64,000 bases of DNA from Pseudomonadota bacterium (GCA_023399635.1 JAEWOP010000250.1:2874-66873); one strand, 5' to 3'; positions 21,941 to 31,959 are shown, counted from the first letter of the stretch. Notes: generated by a model from the letters alone, not told the origin. Translations and numbers: made by a program.

Positions 21941-23293
21941 ATGGTGTCGGCGGGTAACCCGTCGTTGCAGGTCAGCCAAAATGAACTGCAGGCGATGGCA
22001 TATAGCGACCCTCTCACAGGCCTCGGCAACCGCTATCGGCTGCGCGACAAGGTGCGGTTGCTTGCGGCTGAACGCGCGCAGGATCCTGCACCCTTCACCA
22101 TCTGCATCGCAAATCTCGATGGCTTCAAGCCGATCAATGACCTTTTTGGAGCCGAAGCAGGAGACGAGATCCTTTGTCAGGTTGCTCATCGATTGAAGGC
22201 TTGTATGCCGGATGGTGCAACGGTTACCCGCCATGATGGCGACGAGTTCGCCTTTGTCCTCCCGCTTGTCTTCGATGGAAGCAGTGCCGAGCGGATTGGC
22301 CAGATGATGAAGGACGTTCTCTCGGCCCCTTATGACCTGGGCGATCGAAACGTGCGTCTTTCCGCATCGCTTGGATTTGCCATCTATCCCTTTGCGGGGG
22401 AAGAGTATGAGGAACTCCTGAAAAGCGCCGAGACGGCGCTGTATCGGTCCAAGCGGCGCGGCCGGGGTCAGATTACCGTCTATTCTCGCGAGATTGCGCA
22501 GGAGATGAAGCGGGCAACCCAGCTTGAACAGGCACTGCGTACTGCGGTCATCGCCGATGCCGTGGACGCGCATTTTCAGCCGATCGTTCGCTTAAAAGAT
22601 GGAGCTGTTCTGGGCTTCGAAGCATTGGCGCGCTGGATCGATGGCGACCTTGGGTTTGTATCACCGGCTGTCTTCGTTCCCTTGGCTGAGGAACGAGGCT
22701 TCATCGACGCCTTGTCAGAGACGCTCCTGCGCAGAGCAGCCGAAGCTGCGCTCTCCTGGCCGCGCGATCTCTTCCTCTCTTTTAACCTTTCCTCGGCGCA
22801 GCTGATGGATACGGGAACCAGCGCCACTATCCTATCCACTCTAGCGCGCGTTGGGCTCGATCCGCGCCGTCTTGAGCTTGAGATCACGGAAACTGCCGTC
22901 ATGACATCCGCTGATACCGCACATCGGATCATCAGCGAACTTCGCTCCCACGGCGTTCGAATCTCCCTCGATGACTTTGGGACAGGCCAATCAAGCCTCG
23001 GCCGCCTACGCGACTTCACATTCGACAAGGTCAAGATCGATCGCGCCTTCATTTCTCAGATCACCACGGACCGAGCTTCCGAGCACATCGTGAAGGCGAT
23101 CATCGCAATGTGCGACGGCCTCGACCTTCAGGTGGTTGCCGAAGGTATCGAGATGCATGAGGATGCGGAAAAGCTGAAGATGCTTGGCTGCGGCATGGGG
23201 CAGGGCTACTATTACGGCAAGCCTCTCGATGCCGCTGCCACCCAGGTTTATCTGCAACAGCATTTTGGTGAGCAGATGCGAGCGCATCTTTAG
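21941..23293 (+). CDS. Cytoplasmic GGDEF-EAL protein (c-di-GMP metabolism)
   Basis: DPLTGLGNR, degenerate DGDEF, EALARW, LEITE, DDFGTG and VAEGIE motifs. Confidence 0.93.
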   Translation: MVSAGNPSLQVSQNELQAMAYSDPLTGLGNRYRLRDKVRLLAAERAQDPAPFTICIANLDGFKPINDLFGAEAGDEILCQVAHRLKACMPDGATVTRHDGDEFAFVLPLVFDGSSAERIGQMMKDVLSAPYDLGDRNVRLSASLGFAIYPFAGEEYEELLKSAETALYRSKRRGRGQITVYSREIAQEMKRATQLEQALRTAVIADAVDAHFQPIVRLKDGAVLGFEALARWIDGDLGFVSPAVFVPLAEERGFIDALSETLLRRAAEAALSWPRDLFLSFNLSSAQLMDTGTSATILSTLARVGLDPRRLELEITETAVMTSADTAHRIISELRSHGVRISLDDFGTGQSSLGRLRDFTFDKVKIDRAFISQITTDRASEHIVKAIIAMCDGLDLQVVAEGIEMHEDAEKLKMLGCGMGQGYYYGKPLDAAATQVYLQQHFGEQMRAHL

Positions 23294-23317
23294 GACGTCG
23301 AAGCAAGCATTGCACGT

Positions 23318-23445
23318 GAAAGGCGGCACCGCAGCGCCGCCTCATCCACATTCTCAACGCGTCCCTCGTTCCAGACCAGGGGGAGTCGTCGACGAGGTGG
23401 TGGCGTTGCCTATGCTGGAGACGCGTCTGGAGGCCGCGTCTGATG
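23318..23445 (-). ncRNA. Candidate three-hairpin sRNA
   Basis: Hairpins at 23419-23441, 23355-23408 and 23321-23342 (terminator-like); minus-strand loops GCCUCCAGA and UCCCCCUG; GGAAC-N18-TT promoter upstream. Confidence 0.5.
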
Positions 23446-23452
23446 ATGAGAT

Positions 23453-23477
23453 AATGAACGGGCGCCTCGTTCGTTCC
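23453..23477 (-). promoter_or_regulatory. Putative EcfG/RpoE2 general-stress promoter
   Basis: Minus strand GGAAC-gaacgaggcgcccgttca-TT (N18). Confidence 0.5.
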
Positions 23478-23507
23478 CAACTCTGCGCAAACTTCCCCTG
23501 ACATCGG

Positions 23508-24392
23508 TCAAGCCTTGAATGCCGGATCCGCTCGGCCGTCGACTTCGAAAGAGAGGCTAAACAGCTGCCCCGCCAGAGGATCCTCCTGACGTTCGGCAGG
23601 ATCAAGTCCCTCCCAGGAGGACGTGATCCCCAATCTGTCGAAGCCTTGGCCGTAAAAAACGGGGCAGGTCATCCGTTTTGCTGCTACGGGGTAGCGCGCC
23701 AGGAAAGCGCCGTCGGAGCTGTAGCAATCGACGGCACCGTCACCCCATCTCGCATTCCAGATGTTGCCAGCTGTGTCGCAGACGGAGCCATCCATCCCGC
23801 CGGGGCGACCACTTGTATCCACCAACACCTCATTTGGCCCCACCGGAAGGCCTGTGGCCGGATCTACCGGCACGCGCATCAGGCGGTTGATGCGCGTATC
23901 GACGAAATAGCCCGTCGCGCCATCGGGAGAGAAGCAGATCGAATTCGGAATGCTGATATCGGCAAAGAGCTTCTTCGACTGCCCGTTGGCAACGTGGTAG
24001 ATGGCGCCTGCGCCTTCTTCTGCGCCTTTGCCCATGGTCCCGATCCAGAGGCTGCCGCTGGGATGGACGCGCCCGTCATTGGACCGATTCCCCGAATTGC
24101 CGGGCTCGAGCTCGCAGTAGAGTGACAACTGGCCATCGGCGCGGTTGCGGATGAACAGACCGTTCTCCGTCGCCAGCAATTGCCGCTTGTCATCTATCCG
24201 GGCAATGACGCTTGCCATGACAGGCAGCGCATGCGTGCGCTCGCTGTGGGAAGGCAGGTGTAACTCGTGAAGTGCCTTGCCGAGGATGTCGAACCACCAC
24301 AAGGTATCTGTTTCATACTCGTAACTCGGACCTTCGCCCAGTTCGCAGACGGTCGAGGAGAGGACTTGAGGGTTGGGGAATTCGGCCGACAT
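23508..24392 (-). CDS. SMP-30/gluconolactonase family protein
   Basis: LGEGP, RSNDG, PNSICFSPDG and GMDG motifs; start taken at MSAEFP. Confidence 0.93.
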   Translation of the reverse strand: MSAEFPNPQVLSSTVCELGEGPSYEYETDTLWWFDILGKALHELHLPSHSERTHALPVMASVIARIDDKRQLLATENGLFIRNRADGQLSLYCELEPGNSGNRSNDGRVHPSGSLWIGTMGKGAEEGAGAIYHVANGQSKKLFADISIPNSICFSPDGATGYFVDTRINRLMRVPVDPATGLPVGPNEVLVDTSGRPGGMDGSVCDTAGNIWNARWGDGAVDCYSSDGAFLARYPVAAKRMTCPVFYGQGFDRLGITSSWEGLDPAERQEDPLAGQLFSLSFEVDGRADPAFKA

Positions 24393-24617
24393 CCAGTGCT
24401 CCTGATACTTAAGCTGGTGCGCACTGTGTCCGGCGCAAGCGCGTGAGGCAAGCCGTTTCCCTGCGAGGATTGGAACATGGTGCGAGGCTGAATAAACCGA
24501 TCCTGTATCAGGAATAGGAATTGCCAATCGAAACTTTTCCGCATACCTCTGCGAATGTCTTGCATTCAAAGCCCCTGTTGACGGGCTCGTGGTGCAAACA
24601 TCCCAGGCGATCATTCA

Positions 24618-25418
24618 GTGGAAAATCCGATCATGGACGTCGCGCGAAGCGAGCATCATCGATTGGAAGAAGAGAAATTTCAGCCGATGCCGCAAACGGA
24701 ACAACTCGTCCAGGGCGACGCAGTCGAGGCGAAGCTTCAGGAGATCGCTCGGCTGAAGACTCAGTTCGACGTTTTCCGCTTCATGAAGCGCCTGACGGAA
24801 GAATACGGTGCCCGCGCTTTCATGGTGGCCAATCTCCCGCTGCTGACGTCCTTGACGCTCTCCTCGAGCACGGTGATCACTAACTTGCCGGCAGAGCTGA
24901 TTGCCGCCTTCGATCGCGAGGGCCTGCTCTCCACCAGCCCCGTCCTCAAGCGTCTCCGGGCTTCGGCGTTGCCGTTCACCTATGACATGGCGGAGATGAC
25001 GAGGGAGCGCGGCAGCAGCATGTCTGAGGATCTCTTCCTTCACTATGGTCTGCGTCGGGGCGTGCATTTTCCCGTGCAAGACGGTACCGGCCTTCGAGGC
25101 TCGGTGGCTCTGCTAGGGCAGGAACTCGATTTTGATCTGCAGCAGATGATGGAGCTCCACTATCTGGGGGTCCATGTCTACGACACCCTCGGGCAGATCC
25201 GTAGCCTGAGCATCCGAACAACCGACACGCTGACCGACCGAGAACTCGATTGTCTCAACTGGACCGCTGCGGGAAAGACGAGCGCCGAGATTGCCGAGAT
25301 CTTGGGTCTCTCCGAGCATACCGTCAATCACTACCTGAACCGTGCTGCCAAGAAGCTCGATACGGTAAACCGGGCTCAGGCGGTTGCTAAGGCTCTTCGC
25401 ACAGGTCTCATAAAGTAA
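24618..25418 (+). CDS. Solo LuxR-family regulator (autoinducer-binding-like domain plus HTH)
   Basis: C-terminal LTDRELDCLNWTAAGKTSAEIAEILGLSEHTVNHYL; no luxI nearby; start uncertain. Confidence 0.9.
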   Translation: MENPIMDVARSEHHRLEEEKFQPMPQTEQLVQGDAVEAKLQEIARLKTQFDVFRFMKRLTEEYGARAFMVANLPLLTSLTLSSSTVITNLPAELIAAFDREGLLSTSPVLKRLRASALPFTYDMAEMTRERGSSMSEDLFLHYGLRRGVHFPVQDGTGLRGSVALLGQELDFDLQQMMELHYLGVHVYDTLGQIRSLSIRTTDTLTDRELDCLNWTAAGKTSAEIAEILGLSEHTVNHYLNRAAKKLDTVNRAQAVAKALRTGLIK

Positions 25419-25762
25419 GCCTCCGATCTTAGATCTGCATCTGCTTCAAGCAGGTGCACTTCCTGCTCATCTTCTCACCGTTATGATGCCTCAGCGTCCT
25501 CGTGCCTGGGTCCCGAGGAGGGCGCATCATCGCCCGTGCAGGCTTCGGGCAGCTGGCACGTTTTCTGCATCTGGCAAAGAGGTCCAGAGGGGACTGAAGG
25601 CGTCCGCAGAGACGCTGTCTAGAAAGCGCCGCCCGATCCTGCGCGCCGATTGGCTGCCGGTCGGGCGGCGTTGCTTAGCAATGATGTTGCGATACCAACA
25701 GGGCACCTCCTATAAAGGCAGGGCATCGGCGGGAATTCCGGTGCGACTGACAGGAGTTGCAA

Positions 25763-26911
25763 ATGCCGGACGTGACGAAACAACAGGTTCTCGACTCCCT
25801 CACAAAGGTACGTGGGCCAGATCTGGAAAGCGATATTGTTGCCCTCGGCATGGTCTCCGACGTCTTCATCTCGGATAACAAGGTCTATTTCTCCATCACC
25901 GTTCCGGCGGAAAGAGCCAAGGAACTGGAGCCCTTGCGTGTTGCAGCAGAGCGCACCGTCAAATCCATACCTGGCGTGAAGGGTGCATTGGTGACGTTGA
26001 CAGCCGATCGCAAGGCGGGGGCAGGGGGAGAAACAAACCGGCAGCCGCAGAAATCATCTCCGCCTGCCGCCCACGCTCATCCCCATCCCGCCCCACCTCG
26101 TCCGGCAAAGGTTGGCGTCCCGGGCGTTGGGGCCATCATCGCGGTCGCTTCGGGCAAGGGTGGTGTCGGCAAATCCACCACCGCAGTCAATCTCGCCCTC
26201 GGCCTGCAGGCGAACGGCTTGCGTGTGGGCATCCTGGATGCCGATATCTACGGCCCCTCCATTCCTCGGCTCCTGAAGATCTCGGGCCGTCCGCGGCAAA
26301 TCGAAAACCGCATCATCGTGCCGATGGAAAACTATGGCTTGAAGGCCATGTCGATGGGATTCCTGGTGGACGAAGAAACTGCCATGATCTGGCGCGGCCC
26401 GATGGTCCAGTCTGCGCTCCTGCAGATGTTGCGCGAAGTCGCCTGGGGTGATCTTGACGTGCTGGTTGTCGATATGCCGCCGGGAACTGGCGACGTACAA
26501 TTGACCCTTGCGCAGCAGGTACCCTTGGCCGGTGCCGTGGTTGTTTCCACCCCGCAGGATCTCGCCCTCATCGACGCGCGCAAGGCGATCACGATGTTCG
26601 GTAAGGTTGAGGTGCCGCTGCTAGGGATCATTGAGAACATGAGCTATTTCCTCGCCCCGGATACCGGAAAACGCTACGACATCTTCGGTCATGGCGGTGC
26701 ACGTAGCGAGGCGGAGCGGATTGGCGTCCCCTTCCTCGGCGAGGTTCCGCTGACAATGGAAATCCGTCAAACTTCTGATATCGGCACACCGGTTGTGGTC
26801 TCCGACCCTGACGGAGCTGCAGCAAAAATCTATCGTGAGATAGCTGCCAATGCCTGGGCGCAACTGCAGGGACGCACTGCCCGCCCAGCGCCTTCCATCA
26901 TCTTCGAGTAG
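25763..26911 (+). CDS. apbC: Mrp/ApbC Fe-S cluster carrier ATPase
   Basis: ASGKGGVGKST, DADIYGPS, WRGPM, DMPPGTGD and ENMS motifs. Confidence 0.95.
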   Translation: MPDVTKQQVLDSLTKVRGPDLESDIVALGMVSDVFISDNKVYFSITVPAERAKELEPLRVAAERTVKSIPGVKGALVTLTADRKAGAGGETNRQPQKSSPPAAHAHPHPAPPRPAKVGVPGVGAIIAVASGKGGVGKSTTAVNLALGLQANGLRVGILDADIYGPSIPRLLKISGRPRQIENRIIVPMENYGLKAMSMGFLVDEETAMIWRGPMVQSALLQMLREVAWGDLDVLVVDMPPGTGDVQLTLAQQVPLAGAVVVSTPQDLALIDARKAITMFGKVEVPLLGIIENMSYFLAPDTGKRYDIFGHGGARSEAERIGVPFLGEVPLTMEIRQTSDIGTPVVVSDPDGAAAKIYREIAANAWAQLQGRTARPAPSIIFE

Positions 26912-27115
26912 GATTGTGTCGCCACTGGGCTCTGATCAAGCCGCCAATTTCCATCTGCACCCAAGCGCGTGGTTGAGCCCGACTTAGGAGTGATTCGACT
27001 GACATTTTTGTGACTTCGCCTTCTAGCAACGGTCGCGGCGCATCCTGTTAACCGACCATCAAGGTTAATGATCGATTCTTCAGGGGTTGCTTACGTGTCC
27101 CCTGGAGTTGCCGTT

Positions 27116-28279
27116 TTGCGTATGTTTGGCGTCTTGAGTCGCAAGTCTCGCGTTCGTACCGACGCATGGATCGCGCCTGCAGTATTCGGTGTTGCGTGCT
27201 GGCTGGGCTTTCCCTCCAATGCCGCTCATGGCGACCTTTCCGAGCTCCTTTCAGGCATGGATGCCAGCCAGAGGTGGCGCGTTGTCCTGACGCAGTCGCC
27301 TGCGGGCTCCATCCACTCCTCAGAGCTTGCCTTCCCGGACATGGAACGCGTCCTGCCAGGTGACGCCGGTATGGTTCTACCCGATGGCCGTGCGGTGGCT
27401 TTCATAGGAGGTTCTGCCTCGACAGAGGCGACGCCGGATGAGGATAGGGTCAATCGCAAGTCGAAGAAGGGACGCATTGTCTCGGTTGAGCCCATGCAGC
27501 CGCCAAAATCTTTCAGCGCTGGCTCCGTCCTTCAGCGCACCAGCGCGCTGACACTGCCAGTTGAAGCGAAGGACCAACTGACCGCCTTCGCCAAGCCCGG
27601 GCAGCAGGCAAGCGAGATCGAGCTTGCCGCGTTCTATTTCCGCAAGGACGAAGCGCCGGCGCCGGGAGTGTCTCCGATGATCGCAAGCCTGGTGACCAAT
27701 GATCGTCCCGATGTGCTGGCAACCGCCTATGCGCCGCCCGAACCTGATTTTGCCCGCGAGTCCCCCTTCGATGCCATCTTGAAGAAGCCGGAGGCGGGGC
27801 GTTTCATCCCCCCGATATCATCGGACGACCATGCCTGGGCCGCGACGCCGCTTCCCCCAGAGGCCTTCTCCGAGCGAGAACAGCAGTGCCTGGCTTCTGG
27901 CATCTACTTTGAAGCCCGCGGCGAATCCGCGCGGGGTCAGGCGGCTGTCGGGCAGGTGATTCTCAATCGCGTCCGCAACCCATCTTATCCGGGCACCATC
28001 TGCGATGTGGTCTACCAGAACAAAGACTGGCGTAACCGCTGCCAGTTCTCTTTTGCCTGCGACAATATCCGCGACCGTATCCGCTCAGAATATCACTGGA
28101 AGATGGCTCGGGAAGTTGCCATGGCCGTCACTGCCGGGAAGATCTGGCTAAGCGAGGTCGGGTCCTCAACCCACTACCATGCAGTCTATGTCCGGCCCAA
28201 ATGGGCAAAGACGATGAAGAAGGTTGGCCGCATCGGCTTGCATGTCTTCTATCGTACCTATGGCGGCGGCTGGAGCTGA
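27116..28279 (+). CDS. Cell wall hydrolase (Hydrolase_2/SleB-like)
   Basis: CLASGIYFEARGE, GQAAVGQVILNRV, CQFSF and THYHA motifs; TTG start at 27116 chosen for its GGAG RBS (alternative 27068). Confidence 0.9.
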   Translation: MRMFGVLSRKSRVRTDAWIAPAVFGVACWLGFPSNAAHGDLSELLSGMDASQRWRVVLTQSPAGSIHSSELAFPDMERVLPGDAGMVLPDGRAVAFIGGSASTEATPDEDRVNRKSKKGRIVSVEPMQPPKSFSAGSVLQRTSALTLPVEAKDQLTAFAKPGQQASEIELAAFYFRKDEAPAPGVSPMIASLVTNDRPDVLATAYAPPEPDFARESPFDAILKKPEAGRFIPPISSDDHAWAATPLPPEAFSEREQQCLASGIYFEARGESARGQAAVGQVILNRVRNPSYPGTICDVVYQNKDWRNRCQFSFACDNIRDRIRSEYHWKMAREVAMAVTAGKIWLSEVGSSTHYHAVYVRPKWAKTMKKVGRIGLHVFYRTYGGGWS

Positions 28280-28394
28280 CCTGCAGCTTTAACCCGAGCC
28301 GATTCTTTCAGAACTTTGCGACGAGCTTGGGCGCCGGCATCTAAGTCGCTGAAAAGTCTATCGGAATTGGAAGATGGACAAGGCTTTGGTATGC

Positions 28395-28423
28395 CTTGAC
28401 TATGCAGGCGCTCAAAACTATGT
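28395..28423 (+). promoter_or_regulatory. Putative sigma70 promoter of the atp Fo operon
   Basis: CTTGAC-N17-CTATGT, close to the rhizobial CTTGAC-N17-CTATAT consensus. Confidence 0.65.
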
Positions 28424-28541
28424 TGCGCCCGACTTGAAAACGGGCCGGAAGGCGCGAAATCCCTCGCTGTCAGCATGTTTCGGACGGATCGGACGGTCCA
28501 GAAGCCGTAGGATGCGGTGATATCGGTTAAGGGACTTGCGA

Positions 28542-28892
28542 ATGACGGATAATCGGGACGAGAGTCTGGAGCAGCGTCGTCGGCGCCTGTCTGCTGAACT
28601 GGCAGCTCGGGGCGTCGAGGAAGCGACTGAGGCGAAGCGGGAAGCACAGAGCGAGGAAAGCCGTCGCGGGATGGCACTCGGTCTGAAGATCTCTTCGGAG
28701 TTCATTGCTGCCATCGCTGTTGGTGCCATGCTCGGCTATTTTCTCGGTCTCGTTTGGCCGGCTTCGAAGCCATGGGGGCTGATCATACTGCTCCTGCTCG
28801 GCTTCTGCGCAGGCGTTCTGAACGTGCTTCGTGCGGTAGGCATGGTGGCTCCATCACCGCTTGCCGGCAAAGGCACGGGAAAAAGGAATTAG
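28542..28892 (+). CDS. atpI: ATP synthase protein I (AtpZ/AtpI)
   Basis: SSEFIAAI...PWGLI..LLLGFCAGVLNVLR; first gene of the Fo cluster. Confidence 0.92.
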   Translation: MTDNRDESLEQRRRRLSAELAARGVEEATEAKREAQSEESRRGMALGLKISSEFIAAIAVGAMLGYFLGLVWPASKPWGLIILLLLGFCAGVLNVLRAVGMVAPSPLAGKGTGKRN

Positions 28893-28964
28893 GGTCCGCC
28901 TTCGGGCTGTCCTTGCAATGGAATACAAGGCGCGACCTGCGCGGCGAAGGAAAGAGGATAAGCG

Positions 28965-29717
28965 GTGGCTAACGATCCGACCCATCAGTTCCAGATCTCG
29001 AAGATCGTGCCGATCGAAATCGGCGGGATGGATTTCTCTTTTACCAACGCCTCGCTCTTCATGGTTGCCACGGTCGCCTGTGCCGCCGGCTTCCTCTACT
29101 TTGCGACGTCGCAGCGCGGGCTGATCCCCGGCCGTGCGCAGTCCGTTGCCGAAATGTCCTACGAATTCATTGCGGGCATGTTGCGCGAAGGGGCCGGCAA
29201 TGCCGGTATGAAGTTCTTCCCCCTGGTCTTCACGCTTTTCATGTTCGTGCTGACCGCCAACATGCTTGGCATGTTCCCTTACTTCTTCACGGTGACAAGC
29301 CAGATCATCGTCACCTTCGCGCTCGCGCTTTTGGTGATCGGCACTGTGGTCGTCTACGGTTTCTACAAGCACGGCCTGCACTTTCTCGGCGTCTTCGTCC
29401 CGAGCGGCGTTCCAGGTGTTCTCCTGCCGCTGGTTGTCGCGATCGAGATCATCTCCTTCCTGTCCCGTCCGATTTCGCTGTCGGTACGTCTTTTCGCCAA
29501 CATGCTGGCTGGACACATCACGCTGAAGGTCTTCTCCGGCTTCGTTGCCTCGCTCGGCGCCTTGGGCGCGCTTGGCATCGGCGGAGCGATCCTGCCACTC
29601 ATCATGACCGTCGCCCTGACGGGTCTCGAATTCCTCGTCGCCTTCCTTCAGGCCTACGTCTTTGCGGTGCTCACCTGCATGTACCTCAATGACGCGGTCC
29701 ATCCGGGCGGCCACTAA
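28965..29717 (+). CDS. atpB: ATP synthase Fo subunit a
   Basis: [20 protein letters not shown] and LQAYVF motifs. Confidence 0.98.
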   Translation: MANDPTHQFQISKIVPIEIGGMDFSFTNASLFMVATVACAAGFLYFATSQRGLIPGRAQSVAEMSYEFIAGMLREGAGNAGMKFFPLVFTLFMFVLTANMLGMFPYFFTVTSQIIVTFALALLVIGTVVVYGFYKHGLHFLGVFVPSGVPGVLLPLVVAIEIISFLSRPISLSVRLFANMLAGHITLKVFSGFVASLGALGALGIGGAILPLIMTVALTGLEFLVAFLQAYVFAVLTCMYLNDAVHPGGH

Positions 29718-29785
29718 GGAATAACCACATTGGCGTCCTGAGGCGTCAGTCATCAGCCGCAACAACCCATTCAAGGAGTTCTCAC

Positions 29786-30013
29786 ATGGAAGCGGAAGCA
29801 TCAAAGTTCATCGGTGCAGGTCTGGCTTGCTTTGGTATGGCCGGTACGGCTCTCGGCCTCGGCAACATCTTCGGCAGCTACCTGTCGGGCGCCCTGCGCA
29901 ACCCGTCTGCCGCTGACAGCCAGTTCGGCCGTCTGGTATTCGGCTTCGCCGTTACGGAAGCTCTGGGCATCTTCTCGCTGCTCGTAGCTCTCCTCCTCCT
30001 GTTCGCCGTCTAA
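29786..30013 (+). CDS. atpE: ATP synthase Fo subunit c
   Basis: GAGLA...RNP...[10 protein letters not shown]. Confidence 0.98.
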   Translation: MEAEASKFIGAGLACFGMAGTALGLGNIFGSYLSGALRNPSAADSQFGRLVFGFAVTEALGIFSLLVALLLLFAV

Positions 30014-30090
30014 TCTCGGCTTCGGGTTCTGGATCACGGCCGCCCGCGTGCGTGCCGTGATCCTTTGCATTTAGTATCCACCTGGAGGTG

Positions 30091-30720
30091 ATGATGTTCG
30101 TGACTTCGGCATTTGCGCAGACTGCGCCGGAAGCCACAGAGACGCTTGAAGCGCCAGGCACTGCGCCTGCGGGCGAAGTGCACACGGAAACCGGTGTCGC
30201 TCATGACGACGCTCACGCCACCGGGCCATTCCCGCCCTTCGATGCTTCGACCTATCCGTCGCAGCTTCTGTGGCTGGTCATTACTTTCGGTCTCTTCTAT
30301 CTGCTGATGCAGAAGGTTCTGGTTCCGCGGCTGGGAAGCATTCTCGAGCAGCGCCACGACCGGATCGCCCAGGATCTTGATGAAGCGTCCCGCTCCAAGG
30401 CTGAAGCTGACGCAGCAGTCGCGGCCTATGAAAAGGAACTGGCAGAAGCTCGTTCCAAAGCCAATGTGATCGGCGAGACAGCACGCGAAGCGGCAAAGTC
30501 CAAGGCTGCTGCCGATCGCGCGACGATCGAGGCGGAACTGGCACAAAAGCTTGCAGCGGCTGAAGCTCGGATCAGTGATATCAAGGCGCAGGCCTTTGCC
30601 CAGGTTGGTGCCATTGCCGAGGAAACCGCAGCTGCGATCGTGGATCAGTTGATCGGCCCCAAGGCCAATGCAGACGACATTAAGGCTGCCGTTGCCGCAG
30701 CATCTCCCAAGGAGGCCTGA
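30091..30720 (+). CDS. atpG: ATP synthase Fo subunit b'
   Basis: [14 protein letters not shown] followed by a coiled coil. Confidence 0.93.
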   Translation: MMFVTSAFAQTAPEATETLEAPGTAPAGEVHTETGVAHDDAHATGPFPPFDASTYPSQLLWLVITFGLFYLLMQKVLVPRLGSILEQRHDRIAQDLDEASRSKAEADAAVAAYEKELAEARSKANVIGETAREAAKSKAAADRATIEAELAQKLAAAEARISDIKAQAFAQVGAIAEETAAAIVDQLIGPKANADDIKAAVAAASPKEA

Positions 30721-30723
30721 TCC

Positions 30724-31209
30724 ATGGCTCTCGACGCAACCTTCTTCGCCCTTGTCGGCCTCATCCTCTTCTTCGTGCTCATCGCGTATCTGAAGGTTCC
30801 AGGCAAGATCGGAAAGTCGCTGGACGAACGTGCAGGCAAGATCCGGGACGAACTGGCGGAGGCCAAGCGTCTTCGCGAGGAAGCCCAGCAACTGCTGGCC
30901 GAATACCAGCGCAAGCGTAAGGAAGCCGAAGCGGAAGCGGCGCAGATCGTTGCTGCAGCCGAGCGCGAAGCTTCCATGCTGACGGCGGAAGCCAAGCAGA
31001 AGACCGAAGAGTTCGTTGCCCGTCGCAACGCGCTGTCCGAACAGAAGATCAAGCAGGCTGAAGCCGACGCAATTGCAGCAGTCCGTTCCGCGGCTGTCGA
31101 TCTTGCGGTCGCAGCAGCCGAGAAGGTTATCGCCACCAAGGCCGATGCCGGCACGCAAGAAGCACTGTTCCGGGATTCTCTCGGCAAAGTGCAGTCGCGC
31201 CTGAATTGA
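30724..31209 (+). CDS. atpF: ATP synthase Fo subunit b
   Basis: N-terminal TM helix, LDERA.KI..EL.EA, coiled coil. Confidence 0.95.
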   Translation: MALDATFFALVGLILFFVLIAYLKVPGKIGKSLDERAGKIRDELAEAKRLREEAQQLLAEYQRKRKEAEAEAAQIVAAAEREASMLTAEAKQKTEEFVARRNALSEQKIKQAEADAIAAVRSAAVDLAVAAAEKVIATKADAGTQEALFRDSLGKVQSRLN

Positions 31210-31234
31210 TTCCGTTCTATCGGAACAACAAAAT

Positions 31235-31262
31235 AGGGCCGCGCTAGACGCGGCCTTTTTGT
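31235..31262 (+). terminator. Intrinsic terminator after atpF (may be bidirectional)
   Basis: GGCCGCG-ctaga-CGCGGCC-TTTTT. Confidence 0.8.
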
Positions 31263-31293
31263 TGCCCTGCGTCTTCAGGACCATGTTGGGCGG

Positions 31294-31959
31294 CTACTGA
31301 GGGAGGTCGTCCTTCCGGAGCGGCCGGAAGCTCATGCGGTGCAGCAGGCAGGGCCCGTGCGCCTCGATACCCGCGCGATGCTGCGGCGTCGCGTAGCCCG
31401 CATGGCTGTTGAAGCCATAGAGCGGGAAGACCTGGTGAGCGCGCGTCATCATCCTGTCTCGCGTGACCTTGGCTATGATCGAGGCGGCGGCGATGGAGAC
31501 AGACCGGGCGTCTCCCTGCACAACCGCCTTGCCTTGGCAGGAAAGCCCCGGGGGAACATCGCGACCATCGGTCAGAACATAGGCGGGGCTGACGGCAAGT
31601 CCGGCCACCGCGCGGCGCATGGCGTCGAGGCTCGCGCGAAGGATGTTGCGTTCATCGATATGGCGAGGACCAGAGGCCGCGATGGAGACCTCGGCGGTCG
31701 CCATGATGGCTTCGAACAGGTGTTCGCGCTGCGCCGCTGTTAGTTGCTTTGAATCATTCAGTCCCTGCGGAATATTGTCAGGGTCGAGGATGACTGCAGC
31801 TGCCACCACCGGTCCCGCCAGCGGCCCGCGGCCTGCTTCATCCGTACCCGCAACCGGCCAATGGCCAGCCTTCCTTGCGATCAGCTCGAGGCTGAAATCC
31901 GGGACAAGCGGAACCTCTTCAAAAAGAAGCGGAGAATCGGGGGACGTGCGAGACAACAT
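31294..31959 (-). CDS. rnhB: Ribonuclease HII
   Basis: [35 protein letters not shown] and HRMSF motifs. Confidence 0.97.
   Translation of the reverse strand: MLSRTSPDSPLLFEEVPLVPDFSLELIARKAGHWPVAGTDEAGRGPLAGPVVAAAVILDPDNIPQGLNDSKQLTAAQREHLFEAIMATAEVSIAASGPRHIDERNILRASLDAMRRAVAGLAVSPAYVLTDGRDVPPGLSCQGKAVVQGDARSVSIAAASIIAKVTRDRMMTRAHQVFPLYGFNSHAGYATPQHRAGIEAHGPCLLHRMSFRPLRKDDLPQ

Noticed and set aside
24500..24590. Short palindromes (TCCTG-TAT-CAGGA) as a lux box for the LuxR solo
   Set aside because: The spacing does not fit the roughly 20-bp CTG-N10-CAG lux-box geometry, and the repeat is too short to support a call.
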